Positions 19,927 to 30,400 of a DNA stretch of 64,000 bases are shown here, piece after piece. Made by a program: the position numbers and the translations under genes. Position 1 is the first letter of the stretch. The number at the start of each line of letters is the position of its first letter. This DNA comes from Cyanophyceae cyanobacterium (GTDB taxonomy: Bacteria > Cyanobacteriota > Cyanobacteriia > Cyanobacteriales > Laspinemataceae), in the NCBI GenBank assembly GCA_038321985.1, contig JBBQFN010000003.1, positions 32,001 through 96,000 of the forward strand. The letters are read 5' to 3'. Below the pieces are notes generated by a model. The model worked only from the letters and a program-made list of their open reading frames with translations, was not told the origin of the DNA and ran no database searches.

Positions 19927-21099
19927 GTGAAAATTTTAGTTGCAAGCCATACTTATATTGTTGACTTAAACCGGGAAAAATTACGGAAACTTGCCCAACT
20001 TACTCCCGGCATTGAGGTGACGGTAATCGTTCCCCGGCGCTGGCGTCCTGGGGGGGTGCAAAATAAACTGATTGAAACCGAATACTTAGAGGAAGGTTCG
20101 TTTCGGGTGATACCGATTTCCAATTTTAGCCAGAATAATCAAGGACTGTTGACTTTTGGTGCCGATTTGATTTCGGTGTTGCAGCAATGGCGTCCAGATA
20201 TTATTCAAGTGGAACAGGGTGCGAAGGCGATCGCCTACTCGGAATTTATCACCCTCAATCGATTGCTAGGATTGAAAGCCAAAAATATATTTTTTACTTG
20301 GTGGAATCTTCCCTATCAATTAAAATGGTCTGTTTCGCTCTTAGAGTCCTATAATTTGCGTCATACTGATGGCATTATTGTCGGGAATCAAGAGGGGGCG
20401 AAAATTTTGCGCGATCGCGGTTATTCCGGTCCCGTCCAAATTATGCCTCAACTCGGGGTCGATGAAACCCTCTTTCGTCCTGACCCTCAACCGGAACTCC
20501 GTACCCAACTCGGCATCGAATTGGATGAATTTGTTGTGGGTTTTGTGGGCCGTTTTGTGGAAGAAAAAGGATTACTAACCTTACTTCAGTCTTTATCCCA
20601 TTTAGCCCATAAGCCTTGGAAATGGGTACTATTGGGTCGCGGTCCCCTAAAAGAGACGCTGCTCCAAAAAGCCACGGAATTAAACCTTCAAAATCGGCTA
20701 ATTTGGATAGAAAGTGTTCCTCATGATGAGGTACATCGCTATATTAATTTGATGGATGTTTTGGTGCTTCCTTCGGAAACTACCCAGACGTTTAAAACTC
20801 TAACTTCTGCGGGATGGAAAGAACAATTCGGTCATGTTTTAATTGAAGCAATGGCCTGTCAAGTGGCGGTGATTGGTTCAGATTCGGGGGAAATTCCTAA
20901 CGTTATTCAAGAGGCGGGCTTAGTCTTTCCCGAAGGAAATTCCGAAGCGTTACGAGATTGCCTGATTAAACTTATGGAAAACCCTTTATTTGCGGAGGAA
21001 TTGGGTCATCAGGGTTACCAACGAGCTATGAAACATTACACGAATCAGGCTCTTGCTCAACAACAGTTTGAATTTTATCAGACAATTTTGGAGGCTTAG
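19927..21099 (+). CDS. hpsO: GT4 glycosyltransferase HpsO
   Basis: MKILVASHTYIVDLN, WKEQFGHVLIEAMAC. Confidence 0.78.
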   Translation: MKILVASHTYIVDLNREKLRKLAQLTPGIEVTVIVPRRWRPGGVQNKLIETEYLEEGSFRVIPISNFSQNNQGLLTFGADLISVLQQWRPDIIQVEQGAKAIAYSEFITLNRLLGLKAKNIFFTWWNLPYQLKWSVSLLESYNLRHTDGIIVGNQEGAKILRDRGYSGPVQIMPQLGVDETLFRPDPQPELRTQLGIELDEFVVGFVGRFVEEKGLLTLLQSLSHLAHKPWKWVLLGRGPLKETLLQKATELNLQNRLIWIESVPHDEVHRYINLMDVLVLPSETTQTFKTLTSAGWKEQFGHVLIEAMACQVAVIGSDSGEIPNVIQEAGLVFPEGNSEALRDCLIKLMENPLFAEELGHQGYQRAMKHYTNQALAQQQFEFYQTILEA

Positions 21100-21272
21100 A
21101 AATTAGGAGTTAAAGCATCCATTTGAGCATTATTCCTAGGCTCTACCGAAGAATGAAAATTGTAGCCTTGTTCAGAGTTATTAGGTCTTACATTTTCTCA
21201 AAGTGCAAGCATAAGGTTCGCTACTACACTCAAAACTAACTCATAAAATCTTGTAAATTATTATTTTAATTT

Positions 21273-22478
21273 ATGCGAATTCTGCAAATTATTCCCTCTA
21301 TTTCCCTGGTATATGGGGGTCCGAGTCAAATGGTATTGGGGTTATCGGCAGCCCTGGCACGTCAAGGCGCACAGGTAACGCTTTTAACAACTAATTCTAA
21401 TGGAGATGTGGGACAACCTCCACTCGATGTTCCCCTGGACTATCCCGTAGAACAAGATGGGTATCAAATTAGATATTTTCCCTGTTCTCCGTTTCGTCGT
21501 TATAAATTTTCCGGAGATTTATTAAAGTGGTTATATCGACAGGGAAATGAGTATGATATCGCCCATTTACACGCCCTTTTTTCTCCGGTGATATCCGGTG
21601 CAGCTACGGTGGCGAGATGGCGGAAGATTCCTTATATTTTGCGTCCATTGGGAACCCTGGATCCGGCAGATTTGCAAAAGAAGAAACAGCTAAAGCAAAT
21701 TTATACAGCGTTGTGGGAACGGGGGAATTTAGCCGGGGCATCGGCGATTCATTTTACGAGTGCAGAAGAGGCGAAGGTTTCGGAACGGTTTGGGGTTAAA
21801 AGTCGGGATTTAATTATTCCTTTGGGGGTGAATTTACCGGAGATAGATGCAGAGTTGACAGGGGAGGAAATCCACAAGCGAAGGCAGCGGATTCGGGAGG
21901 AGTTGGGGATTTCAGGCAATCGCCCGCTGGTTTTGTTTTTGTCGCGGATTGAACCGAAAAAAGGATTAGATTTATTATTACCGGCGTTAGAAAAGTTACT
22001 TGTCCAAGGCTTAGAGTTTCATTTTGTGTTAGCAGGAAGCAACCCCCAAGATCCAGAGTATGAGGCGAAAATCCAGGGGCAAATTGCTGCTTCTCCTCTT
22101 GCCGATCGCACGACTTTACCCGGTTTCGTTAGGGGAGAATTTAAGGGGTCGTTACTTCAATCAGCGGATATTTTTGTCCTACCGTCTTACTATGAAAATT
22201 TTGGAATTGCCGTGGCGGAAGCAATGGCAGCAGGAACGGCAGTCTGTATTTCCCGGGGGGTTTATATCTGGGAGGATGTATTAGAAGCGGGTGCAGGTTG
22301 GGTAGGTAACCAGACGGTAGAGGACGTTGCACAGTTACTCGCGGAGGCGATCGCCAATCCCCAGGAGTGTCAGCAACGGGGACTTAAGGGGAAGGCATAC
22401 GCGGCGACTCGTTACAATTGGGATACGATCGCCCAGCAAACCCTAGGGGCATACGCAGACATTCTCGCTCAGTTGTAG
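21273..22478 (+). CDS. hpsP: GT4 glycosyltransferase HpsP
   Basis: MRILQIIPSISLVYGGPSQMV, ENFGIAVAEAMAAG. Confidence 0.78.
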   Translation: MRILQIIPSISLVYGGPSQMVLGLSAALARQGAQVTLLTTNSNGDVGQPPLDVPLDYPVEQDGYQIRYFPCSPFRRYKFSGDLLKWLYRQGNEYDIAHLHALFSPVISGAATVARWRKIPYILRPLGTLDPADLQKKKQLKQIYTALWERGNLAGASAIHFTSAEEAKVSERFGVKSRDLIIPLGVNLPEIDAELTGEEIHKRRQRIREELGISGNRPLVLFLSRIEPKKGLDLLLPALEKLLVQGLEFHFVLAGSNPQDPEYEAKIQGQIAASPLADRTTLPGFVRGEFKGSLLQSADIFVLPSYYENFGIAVAEAMAAGTAVCISRGVYIWEDVLEAGAGWVGNQTVEDVAQLLAEAIANPQECQQRGLKGKAYAATRYNWDTIAQQTLGAYADILAQL

Positions 22479-22598
22479 CGCGATCGCCTGATTTTGGGCA
22501 TAAAAACCCTAAGTAGCTGAAAATGAAAAGGCTGGCATTTTTTCGTTAAACTTGAAAAAAACAGCTAAATGTAAAATCAAGGGTTTGGGGAATGGGGA

Positions 22599-23345
22599 AT
22601 GTGGAGTAAAACCTATCAAGGGCGAGAATTACGGGTTAGTATTTTGCTGAGTTTTGCAGTAATCGCTCAGCTACTACAAGCGATCGCACCTGTTATGGCA
22701 GGGAATCTCAGGGAAAATCAAATACCTGCGACAGTTTGGGTGGCGCAGGGTATGGAGGAATTCCCCGAGGCGGAACGATATTATACCGAAGGGGCAAAAC
22801 TTCAGGATGAGGGCGATTTAGAAGGGGCAGTTGCCTCCTATCAGCAGGCGATTCGTCTCAATCCTAACTTTACGGAAGCGCAAATCAATATGGGAGTTGC
22901 CTTAGTGAATCTGGGGCGGGTATCCGAGGCGATCGCCACCTACCGAGATGCCATTCGTACGAATTCCCAATTACCGGCGGCTCATTATAATTTAGCTAAT
23001 GCCTTGGCACAACAACAGGACCTCGATGAAGCACTTATGGCCTATCGAGAAGCGATTCGCCTCCAACCTACTTATGATAAAGCTTACTATAATATGGGCA
23101 ATATCTTAGTCAATCGCGGAGACTTACAAGGGGCGATATCCGCCTACCAGGAAGCGATTGAAATCAATCCCAATTTTGCCGAAGCCTATGGCAATTTAGG
23201 GATGGTTTTATTTGAACAAGGCGATCGCACAGAAGCCGCCCGAGTTTTACAAACTGCCCGAGACTTGTTTCAGCGCCAGGGAAACTTTTCGGCGGTGAGT
23301 CGCATTGAGCGTTTCTTACAACAACTGAGCAATCGTTCTAATTAA
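22599..23345 (+). CDS. Secreted/periplasmic tetratricopeptide repeat protein
   Basis: Signal-like N-terminus and about five 34-aa TPRs (A..YREAIRLQP.Y..AYYNMG). Confidence 0.88.
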   Translation: MWSKTYQGRELRVSILLSFAVIAQLLQAIAPVMAGNLRENQIPATVWVAQGMEEFPEAERYYTEGAKLQDEGDLEGAVASYQQAIRLNPNFTEAQINMGVALVNLGRVSEAIATYRDAIRTNSQLPAAHYNLANALAQQQDLDEALMAYREAIRLQPTYDKAYYNMGNILVNRGDLQGAISAYQEAIEINPNFAEAYGNLGMVLFEQGDRTEAARVLQTARDLFQRQGNFSAVSRIERFLQQLSNRSN

Positions 23346-23383
23346 TTTAAATTTCATCTTTCTGAATTTTAAAATAAAGGGTT

Positions 23384-23450
23384 CAGAAACCGGGTTTCTT
23401 CGCTCAATTGTGGCTGATTGGCAACCATTGTCGCAGAAACCCGTTTTCTT
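23384..23450. repeat. Pair of REP-like palindromes (CAGAAACCGGGTTTCT / CAGAAACCCGTTTTCT) between convergent genes
   Basis: Two copies read directly; a degenerate pair also occurs near 48108-48172. Confidence 0.7.
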
Positions 23451-23464
23451 GAGTTGCTTTAAAT

Positions 23465-24490
23465 CTAATAGCGGATTCGCGGATCGATATAAGCATTAAG
23501 CAAATCAATTCCAATACTTGCCATGACGACGATCGCGGCAAAAAAGACTACGATTCCCTGAACTGTGGGATAATCCCGTAGTGAAATCGCTTCGTAAAGT
23601 CGATTGGCTAATCCCGGCCAAGAAAAGGTTACTTCAGTTAAAATTGCGCCTCCTAACAGGGCCGCTAAGGTCAATCCCATCACTGTAATCACGGGGATCA
23701 TGGCATTTTTTAAGGCATGAGCGATCGCAATTCTAGCTTCGGATATCCCTCGGGCTCTAGCTGCTTCCACATAATCTGCCTGTAAAGTTTGCTTCAAATT
23801 CACCCGCACGATTCGCTCGAAAATCCCACTAATTAGAATTCCCAGGGTCAAAGAAGGCAGTGCTAAATAGTGCAAAGTGGTAAAAAAATCCCCGAGATTT
23901 CTACTTAAAAGACTATCAATCATGTACAGTCCCGTCGGTCCCAATGGCGGGGTTTGGGTACTTGGAAAACGCGCTCCTACTGGAAACCACCCCAGTTGTA
24001 CACTAAAAATTAACTGCATAATCATCCCTACCCAAAACGCTGGGAGAGAATAGGTGATGATACCAAACATCCGTCCCCCGACATCCCATCCGGTATTGGG
24101 ATTAGAAGCAGAAATTACTCCGACTCCAATGCCTACAATTAAAGCAATTGCCATACTTACCACGGCGATTTCTAAAGTAGCTGGAAAATATTGTCCGACG
24201 ATTTCCCAAACACTTTGTCCTCGGGTGGTGAGGGATGTGCCTAAGTCTAACCTGAGCAAGTCTCCCATGTAGCGAATGTATTGTAACCACAAAGGCGCAC
24301 CTAAACCCAGTTGCTCTCGTAACCGAATTTTCTCTATTTCCGGAGCTTTTGGGCCTAAAATGGCATCGATCGGGTCTCCAGGGGTGGCACGCAGCAGCAA
24401 AAATACAAGGGTGGCGATCGTCCATAGCATCAGGGGTGCTAGGAGCAAACGCAGGAGAATATAGGATTGAAGCGCTTTTGAACGGGACAT
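23465..24490 (-). CDS. Peptide/nickel ABC transporter permease (DppB/OppB type)
   Basis: PGDP, DLGTSL, EAA motif YVEAARARG, HALKNA, EVTFSWPGL; likely start MSRSKAL at 24490. Confidence 0.92.
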   Translation of the reverse strand: MSRSKALQSYILLRLLLAPLMLWTIATLVFLLLRATPGDPIDAILGPKAPEIEKIRLREQLGLGAPLWLQYIRYMGDLLRLDLGTSLTTRGQSVWEIVGQYFPATLEIAVVSMAIALIVGIGVGVISASNPNTGWDVGGRMFGIITYSLPAFWVGMIMQLIFSVQLGWFPVGARFPSTQTPPLGPTGLYMIDSLLSRNLGDFFTTLHYLALPSLTLGILISGIFERIVRVNLKQTLQADYVEAARARGISEARIAIAHALKNAMIPVITVMGLTLAALLGGAILTEVTFSWPGLANRLYEAISLRDYPTVQGIVVFFAAIVVMASIGIDLLNAYIDPRIRY

Positions 24491-24581
24491 GGGCGATGTT
24501 GAATGTGAGACACTAGGGTAGAAAGGGAGTAAAGAGATGAGGATTTTCGGGAAACCCTCATCCCTTATCAAAGTATGTAAC

Positions 24582-26210
24582 TTATTTCTTCAAGGTCCAA
24601 AATGGCATGGTTTGAGCTGATTCCAGGGTTACTCCTTGGATTCCCTGACGAGCAAACACATATTCTTTGCCTTGCCAGAGGGGAATAAAGGGCACATCTT
24701 GAGAGACAATCTCTTGGAGTTCTCCAAAAATTTGCAGGCGCGTTGCTGGGTTTTGTTCTTGGCGTTCGCGGGCAATTAATTGATTGACCTGATCGCTATA
24801 ATAGAAGGAACCCCACAATTTGCTTTCTCCTTCTTCACATCCGGTTGCTACTGACCCTTTGGCACAAGAAAGGAAGGGCTGAATATAGTTATCGGGGTCG
24901 AAGAAATCTGGGGTCCAATCTAAGATAAACATGGAATAAACCCCTTTATCCAAATTATTATAGGCGGTGGCAGATTCGACGCTTTGCAGCTCTATTTGGA
25001 TTGCTCCGTCTAATTCCTGTTCAGCTACAGCTTTGATCGTGGTTGCTGCATCTGCATTAGTCCGGAGATTGGAACGATACCAAAGCTGTAGTTTTAGAGG
25101 ATTCTGAGGGGTGTAACCCGCTTGAGTCAAAAGTTGTTTAGCTTGGGCAAAATTTCCATCTCCATACTTTTCTTTAAAGACAGGTTCGTAATACTTGGAT
25201 AAGGTGGTTGGGATTAAGCTGTAAAGCGGCTCAACTTGTCCTTGAAAAATCCGCTGTTGTAACAGGGGTCGGTCAATGATGGAGGCGATCGCCTGCCGCA
25301 CTTCCGGTTTTTTTAATGCCTCATCCTTCATATTCAGGGTTAAGACATAAATCCCGTTACTGCGATTAGAAATCACCTGCCAGCCTTCCGACTGGGATTG
25401 TTTCTCTAAACTGCTAATTTGGTCCAAGTCTAAGGTGCCATAGGTGAGATCTACGGCCCCACGACGGAAAGAGTTGTAAACGTTAGCGGGACTAGAAAAC
25501 TGTTGAATATCAACGCCGGTATTGGTCGGGTTTTCTCCCCAGTAATCCTCGAAAACATCTAACTTAATAGAATCTGTTCCATAGCTGACCAATTTATAAG
25601 GGCCTGTTCCTACAAATGTGTCGGGTTTGAATTGACCCTCTCCGATTTGATAGGCACTAGGAGAAATGGCAACTAAACCCGAAAAAGTGAGCAAATCGGG
25701 GAAGGCGGCAAAGGGCTGTTTTAACTTGAAAGTTAATTCATACTCACCGGTGGCTTGTACGGATTCAACGATATTTGATAATAAGGATGAAGGAGACCCC
25801 CCATTTTCCATAAATCGTTGCAGGGAAAATCTCATGGTTTCGGCATTGAAGGGAGTGCCGTCATGGTAAACGACATCGGAACGCAGGGGAATGGTATAGG
25901 TGACTCCATCGGGGCTGATTTTAGGAAGTTCAGTAGCGAGTTGAGGCTGGAGGGTGGTGGTCCCGCTTTCGTAGGTGTAGAGGCGATCGCCTAGGTTGTA
26001 GAGTAGCATTCCTGCCGCATTTTCGTAGGCATCGGCAGGATCAAGGGTTCTAATTTTGGCGGTGGTGCCAATGGAGATGCGATTGGGGTCACTACTTTGG
26101 TTGATCCCTGGGCGATCGCCACAGCTAATCGCCAGAAGACAGCACACCGAAAACAATCCCAAAAATCTCGCCAATCTACGCCACGGGCGAGATGAGATCG
26201 CCTCACTCAT
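24582..26210 (-). CDS. Family 5 ABC substrate-binding lipoprotein (DppA/OppA type)
   Basis: Lipobox-like LAISC, TLDPA, HDGTPFNAE, GTGPYKL; start uncertain (26210 or 26261). Confidence 0.9.
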   Translation of the reverse strand: MSEAISSRPWRRLARFLGLFSVCCLLAISCGDRPGINQSSDPNRISIGTTAKIRTLDPADAYENAAGMLLYNLGDRLYTYESGTTTLQPQLATELPKISPDGVTYTIPLRSDVVYHDGTPFNAETMRFSLQRFMENGGSPSSLLSNIVESVQATGEYELTFKLKQPFAAFPDLLTFSGLVAISPSAYQIGEGQFKPDTFVGTGPYKLVSYGTDSIKLDVFEDYWGENPTNTGVDIQQFSSPANVYNSFRRGAVDLTYGTLDLDQISSLEKQSQSEGWQVISNRSNGIYVLTLNMKDEALKKPEVRQAIASIIDRPLLQQRIFQGQVEPLYSLIPTTLSKYYEPVFKEKYGDGNFAQAKQLLTQAGYTPQNPLKLQLWYRSNLRTNADAATTIKAVAEQELDGAIQIELQSVESATAYNNLDKGVYSMFILDWTPDFFDPDNYIQPFLSCAKGSVATGCEEGESKLWGSFYYSDQVNQLIARERQEQNPATRLQIFGELQEIVSQDVPFIPLWQGKEYVFARQGIQGVTLESAQTMPFWTLKK

Positions 26211-26555
26211 GGATCCAATAATACCCCGGCGTTTTACTATGGTTGTCTGATTCGACTTCAATTTTTCTTTCCCTGGACTTAATGAGCTTAAACGCTAGAT
26301 TTTCTAAGGTTACAAAAGCGATGGGCGATTGCTTATTTGCTTTCTATCAGATGTAGGGGTTCACCGGACAAGTTCCCCGATGGCACCCCAATCTCTTCTC
26401 TCTTTTTTCCCCCGAATCGATTTGAAGTTTAACATGAATTTTACAATAAACTGTCAGGGCAATTTTTGGGTCCTAGGTACCACCGCGTCGCAAAAATCTA
26501 GGCAGTCACATCGAGGGAATATCAGAATTTTAACCGTATCTTCGGGACTGATAGA

Positions 26556-28478
26556 TTAGGAGGGCTTCCCCACCAGCCAATAGGTGAGCATTTCTCCTTT
26601 ACCTTTTACGGAAATTAGTCCCCGTTGTTCAAATTCAAAGCGCTGTTTTAACCGTTTATAAACCGCCTCGGTTACCTGAATTTTTCCCGGTATCCCGCTT
26701 GATTCCATTCGAGAAGCGGTGTTAACCGTATCCCCCCATAAGTCATAAATAAATTTACTCATGCCAATGACTCCGGCGATCGCCGGACCAATATGAATCC
26801 CGATTCTCAGTTCAAATGTCTGGTCGTTTTTCTGATTAAATTGGGCTAACTCCTCTTGCATATCAAGCGCCATTTGAGCCACGGCAAAGATAGCATCGGC
26901 ACAGGGAACAGGTAATCCCCCAACTACCATGTAAGCATCCCCAATTGTTTTAATTTTTTCTAAAAGATGTTGTTTTGCTAGCTTGTCAAATCTAGAAAAA
27001 ATTTTATTTAAGAGCTCTAGTAATTTCTTAGGTGGTCTATTGGCGGCAAACTCAGTAAACCCCACTAAATCTGCAAAGATAACGCTGACTTCTTCAAAAT
27101 GATCCGCTATAGGATTTTCTCCTTTTTGAAGACGAATGGCAATGGGTTCGGGTAAAATATTAAGCAGGAGAGCTTCAGTTTGATTCTGTTGAAACTTGAG
27201 GGCTTCTTGAGCTAACTTGCGTTCGGTAATATCGGAAACAAAGCCTTCATAATAGACAATCTTTCCCGTCAGATCTCGGACGGCACGAGCCGTCTCAGAA
27301 ATCCAAATAATGCTTTTATCTTTGCAATACACCATCGATTCAAATCCCGAAACAGAATTTATAGAGGCGATCGCCTCTATAAATTCTTGACGACGGCTCG
27401 GATTAACATAAATTTGCGTGCTAATATTCTGAATACTCTCTTGTAATTCTTCCCCAGAAGCATAGCCATATATCTTTGCCAGGGCTGGATTCACGCTTAA
27501 ATAGCGCCCCTCTAAACTGGATTGAAAAATCCCGGCAATGGCATTTTCTACGATACTATGATATTGTTCTTCGGCTCGGATCAAGGCTTCTTCAGCTTGC
27601 TTGCGATCGCTAATATCCCGCGCTACCACGATCACGGTATCTTCACCCACTGGAGACACAGCAGCCGAAAACCACACTTCCTCATCTTCACTTTTCAGGC
27701 TGTAATCAAAATGTAAAGTATCTCTAGTCTCCAACACTTGAGCAATCATATTTAACCAAATATTTGCAGTTTCAGGGATGAAAAATTGTTCAATTGTTTT
27801 TCCCACCCAGTCAGTATCTAGGGGATACAACTGCATCCAATTGGTCGGAAAAATATCCAAATTGCCAATAGTTCCCTCTTGAATACTAATCAGGGCAACG
27901 ATATCAGTCATTGACTCAAAAACCGCCCGCATTTTCTCCTCAGCGGACCGCAACTTTTCGTCTAACAATTTGCGTTCATTAATTTCCGCTTGTAATTGCA
28001 AATTTTGGGTGGCTAAAAGTTCAGTCTTTTCTTGGAGTTGCTTTTGGAGTGCCCGTTGCGAGAGGTGTGTTTCTACCCGCGCCAGGATTTCTTCCACCTG
28101 AAATGGCTTACTGATGTAGTCAATCCCTCCAGCTTTAAAGGCTTTTGCTTTATCAAATCCTTCAGTTAATGCACTCAAAAAAATAACAGGGATATCCTGA
28201 GTTTGAGGATTTTCTTTTAAAACTTTGCAAACTTCATACCCATCTATTTCGGGCATCATGATGTCCAGTAAAATTAAATCGGGTTGTTTCGTTAATATAA
28301 AATTTAAAGCCAAATTTCCATTTGTAACTCCTCGGGCTTGATAATTATTTTTTCTTAATAAATTAATCAGTAATTTTACATTGGTAGGAACATCATCTAC
28401 AATTAATATGTCTCCTTTATACTCAGGCTCTTCTTGAAAAATCATCCCGTTTGTTGCTGATGTACCTTGCTCGCTCAT
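26556..28478 (-). CDS. REC-PAS-PAS class III adenylate cyclase
   Basis: ILIVDD..LLDIMMP receiver; PAS (IVENAIAGIFQS..NPALAKIYGY); FADLVGFT, KIKTIGDAYM, YDLWGDTVNTASRME with ATP-specifying K/D. Confidence 0.92.
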   Translation of the reverse strand: MSEQGTSATNGMIFQEEPEYKGDILIVDDVPTNVKLLINLLRKNNYQARGVTNGNLALNFILTKQPDLILLDIMMPEIDGYEVCKVLKENPQTQDIPVIFLSALTEGFDKAKAFKAGGIDYISKPFQVEEILARVETHLSQRALQKQLQEKTELLATQNLQLQAEINERKLLDEKLRSAEEKMRAVFESMTDIVALISIQEGTIGNLDIFPTNWMQLYPLDTDWVGKTIEQFFIPETANIWLNMIAQVLETRDTLHFDYSLKSEDEEVWFSAAVSPVGEDTVIVVARDISDRKQAEEALIRAEEQYHSIVENAIAGIFQSSLEGRYLSVNPALAKIYGYASGEELQESIQNISTQIYVNPSRRQEFIEAIASINSVSGFESMVYCKDKSIIWISETARAVRDLTGKIVYYEGFVSDITERKLAQEALKFQQNQTEALLLNILPEPIAIRLQKGENPIADHFEEVSVIFADLVGFTEFAANRPPKKLLELLNKIFSRFDKLAKQHLLEKIKTIGDAYMVVGGLPVPCADAIFAVAQMALDMQEELAQFNQKNDQTFELRIGIHIGPAIAGVIGMSKFIYDLWGDTVNTASRMESSGIPGKIQVTEAVYKRLKQRFEFEQRGLISVKGKGEMLTYWLVGKPS

Positions 28479-29170
28479 AGTATCTACTAGAATAAGAGGT
28501 TATTTCTACTATTCAATTAGCTTTAATCTCTGTATTATACTATAAACTACCTCTCAATAATTTTTACAATCTTTAATCATTCATAGGGGCTATTTACACT
28601 TAAAAATTATTCCAAATAACATATTATAAATCTGCGATTTCATGCCTTGAATTAAAACCCAATGTAGGAGTTGAACTGGGTCACCCACTTATGCTGTCAT
28701 TTTCTCCAGCAATTTGCGCCCTATCTCCAGGTATAATAATTTTAATTTAGGGGACAATATAAACTAAATAAACCGGCGTTTTAAAGCAGAATTTCAATCA
28801 TTCTGTTCTCGGTAAATTATCTAACCTTTAATAGGATTAAGCCGCATAACACCCATCAGAAAGAATCGATGCGATCGCCTAGGGATCGATAAGCCTATGG
28901 AAGGCCGGGGGAGACTGGACTTGATGGCTTTGCAGTTGCCAATCTCCCCTCTCAACGGTAAGGGTACCCTGAATTCCTCTAGCCCCCTGTCCAGCTAGAA
29001 AAGCAACGCTCGCGCTCTAAATTTACTACTCCATCTATATCTTAAGGCTGATGTATGTAGGCACAGTCCCTTGATAACCTTAACTCAGATAAGGGATGAG
29101 GAGAGGGTGCAAGACCTGCAACCCACCAATCCCCCTCACTATGGAAATTTTAGACCAGGAGAACCATAAT

Positions 29171-29530
29171 ATGCCGTCTATCAGCTTAAAATTACCTACT
29201 TCTTTGCGTCCGCTACGCTTTTTGTTGGCCGTCTGTGTATCTGCTTTACTATTTTTCAGCAGTGCCTTCCCGGCTTATGCAACGACCAGTAGCCCGACGA
29301 AAGGTGAAGATCAGATGCTTAAGATAGAGAAAAAATCCCTTGAAGCGATCGGAGATGATCCTTATACCTTGGAAGACGAGATCAATGAAACCAACCCTGG
29401 TTTGAATGGCGTTCAAGGCACTGCGGATCAAGATAAAATGATCTCCCCAGAAGATGCAAAGAGTGACGGTGCAACCTCGTTTACCGAGCAAGTCAAGAAC
29501 GCGGTGGGAAACATCAAGGGCAAAGACTAA
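29171..29530 (+). CDS. Small exported hydrophilic protein (cyanobacterial stress/low-temperature-induced type)
   Basis: AGGAGA RBS at about 29157; signal peptide ending PAYA; acidic body with GLNGVQGTAD.DKM motif. Confidence 0.6.
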   Translation: MPSISLKLPTSLRPLRFLLAVCVSALLFFSSAFPAYATTSSPTKGEDQMLKIEKKSLEAIGDDPYTLEDEINETNPGLNGVQGTADQDKMISPEDAKSDGATSFTEQVKNAVGNIKGKD

Positions 29531-29589
29531 TCTCTAGCTCGGATCGGGGGATAACATCTCCTCAAAAATTCCCACTCCGTTCAAAGATT

Positions 29590-29657
29590 GTAGGGGTTCG
29601 GGCGACCCCTACCCTGGGACGGTGTAAAGGGGCAACAGTTGAACTGTTGCCCCTTTA
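29590..29657. repeat. GTAG-type REP hairpin plus a 33-nt palindrome, probably a bidirectional terminator
   Basis: gtaggggttcgggcgacccctac, then taaaggggcaacagttgaactgttgccccttta, between convergent genes. Confidence 0.7.
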
Positions 29658-29695
29658 ATGATTGGGGACCCGGGCGGAGATCGCCTGGGTCAAAC

Positions 29696-30193
29696 TTAAC
29701 CGCAACTACTAAAGTCACAGTCGCCACCGGAACAATCTAGGGTGCTATCTTCAAGGGGACTACAGTCGCTGCAACTGATTTCACCACAATTAAATAGATT
29801 GACGCACTCCAAGGTGTCCATACAGCCATCGCAACCGAACCCCGGGGCTAATTCAGTATTCCCACAATCACTGACTGGATAAGAAGGTGCAGGTTTGGGC
29901 TTTTTTTTCCGTTGAGCGGTGGCCCCCATTTGGGAGCGCAGAATTTGATGAGCTTGCTTGCAGGCGGCAAATCGTTGTTGAGATAAGGCGATCGCAGCCG
30001 ATAAACCCCCTTTAGCCACTGCACTCTTGACGTATTGGGAACAAGACTCGCCACCATGAAGGACCCGATGAGCGCAGGAAAAGCCTTTATGGGGGGAGAG
30101 GTATTTTTGATAGCCGTTAATCGAGGCGATCGCGATCGCCCTCAAAAGCTGCGAATCCAGTAAAAGCCGCGAATCCAGTCCCGATGCGTTCAT
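29696..30193 (-). CDS. YidD-like (membrane protein insertion efficiency factor) domain with Cys/Asp-rich tail
   Basis: I.GYQKYLSPHKGFSCAHR...SCSQY...RFAAC. Confidence 0.75.
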   Translation of the reverse strand: MNASGLDSRLLLDSQLLRAIAIASINGYQKYLSPHKGFSCAHRVLHGGESCSQYVKSAVAKGGLSAAIALSQQRFAACKQAHQILRSQMGATAQRKKKPKPAPSYPVSDCGNTELAPGFGCDGCMDTLECVNLFNCGEISCSDCSPLEDSTLDCSGGDCDFSSCG

Positions 30194-30400
30194 GTTGCCT
30201 TGGGTGAAGATGTCCGTTATTTCAAGTCGAAGTTTATTCTTTTACCCGGACTAAATTCGAGCATCCGCCAAACGGGGCCAATTGTGTCGAAATATTAAGG
30301 TCTGTTTCATTTTTGTCACATCTAGGGGTTTACCCTGCAAGAATGCGATCGACCGTGGTACGATTGCATTCCGTAACCGTGACAGATAGGGAGAAATTCT

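Noticed and set aside
23465..26210. Peptide ABC system with only the binding protein and one permease
   Set aside because: Scattered ABC subunits are normal in cyanobacteria.
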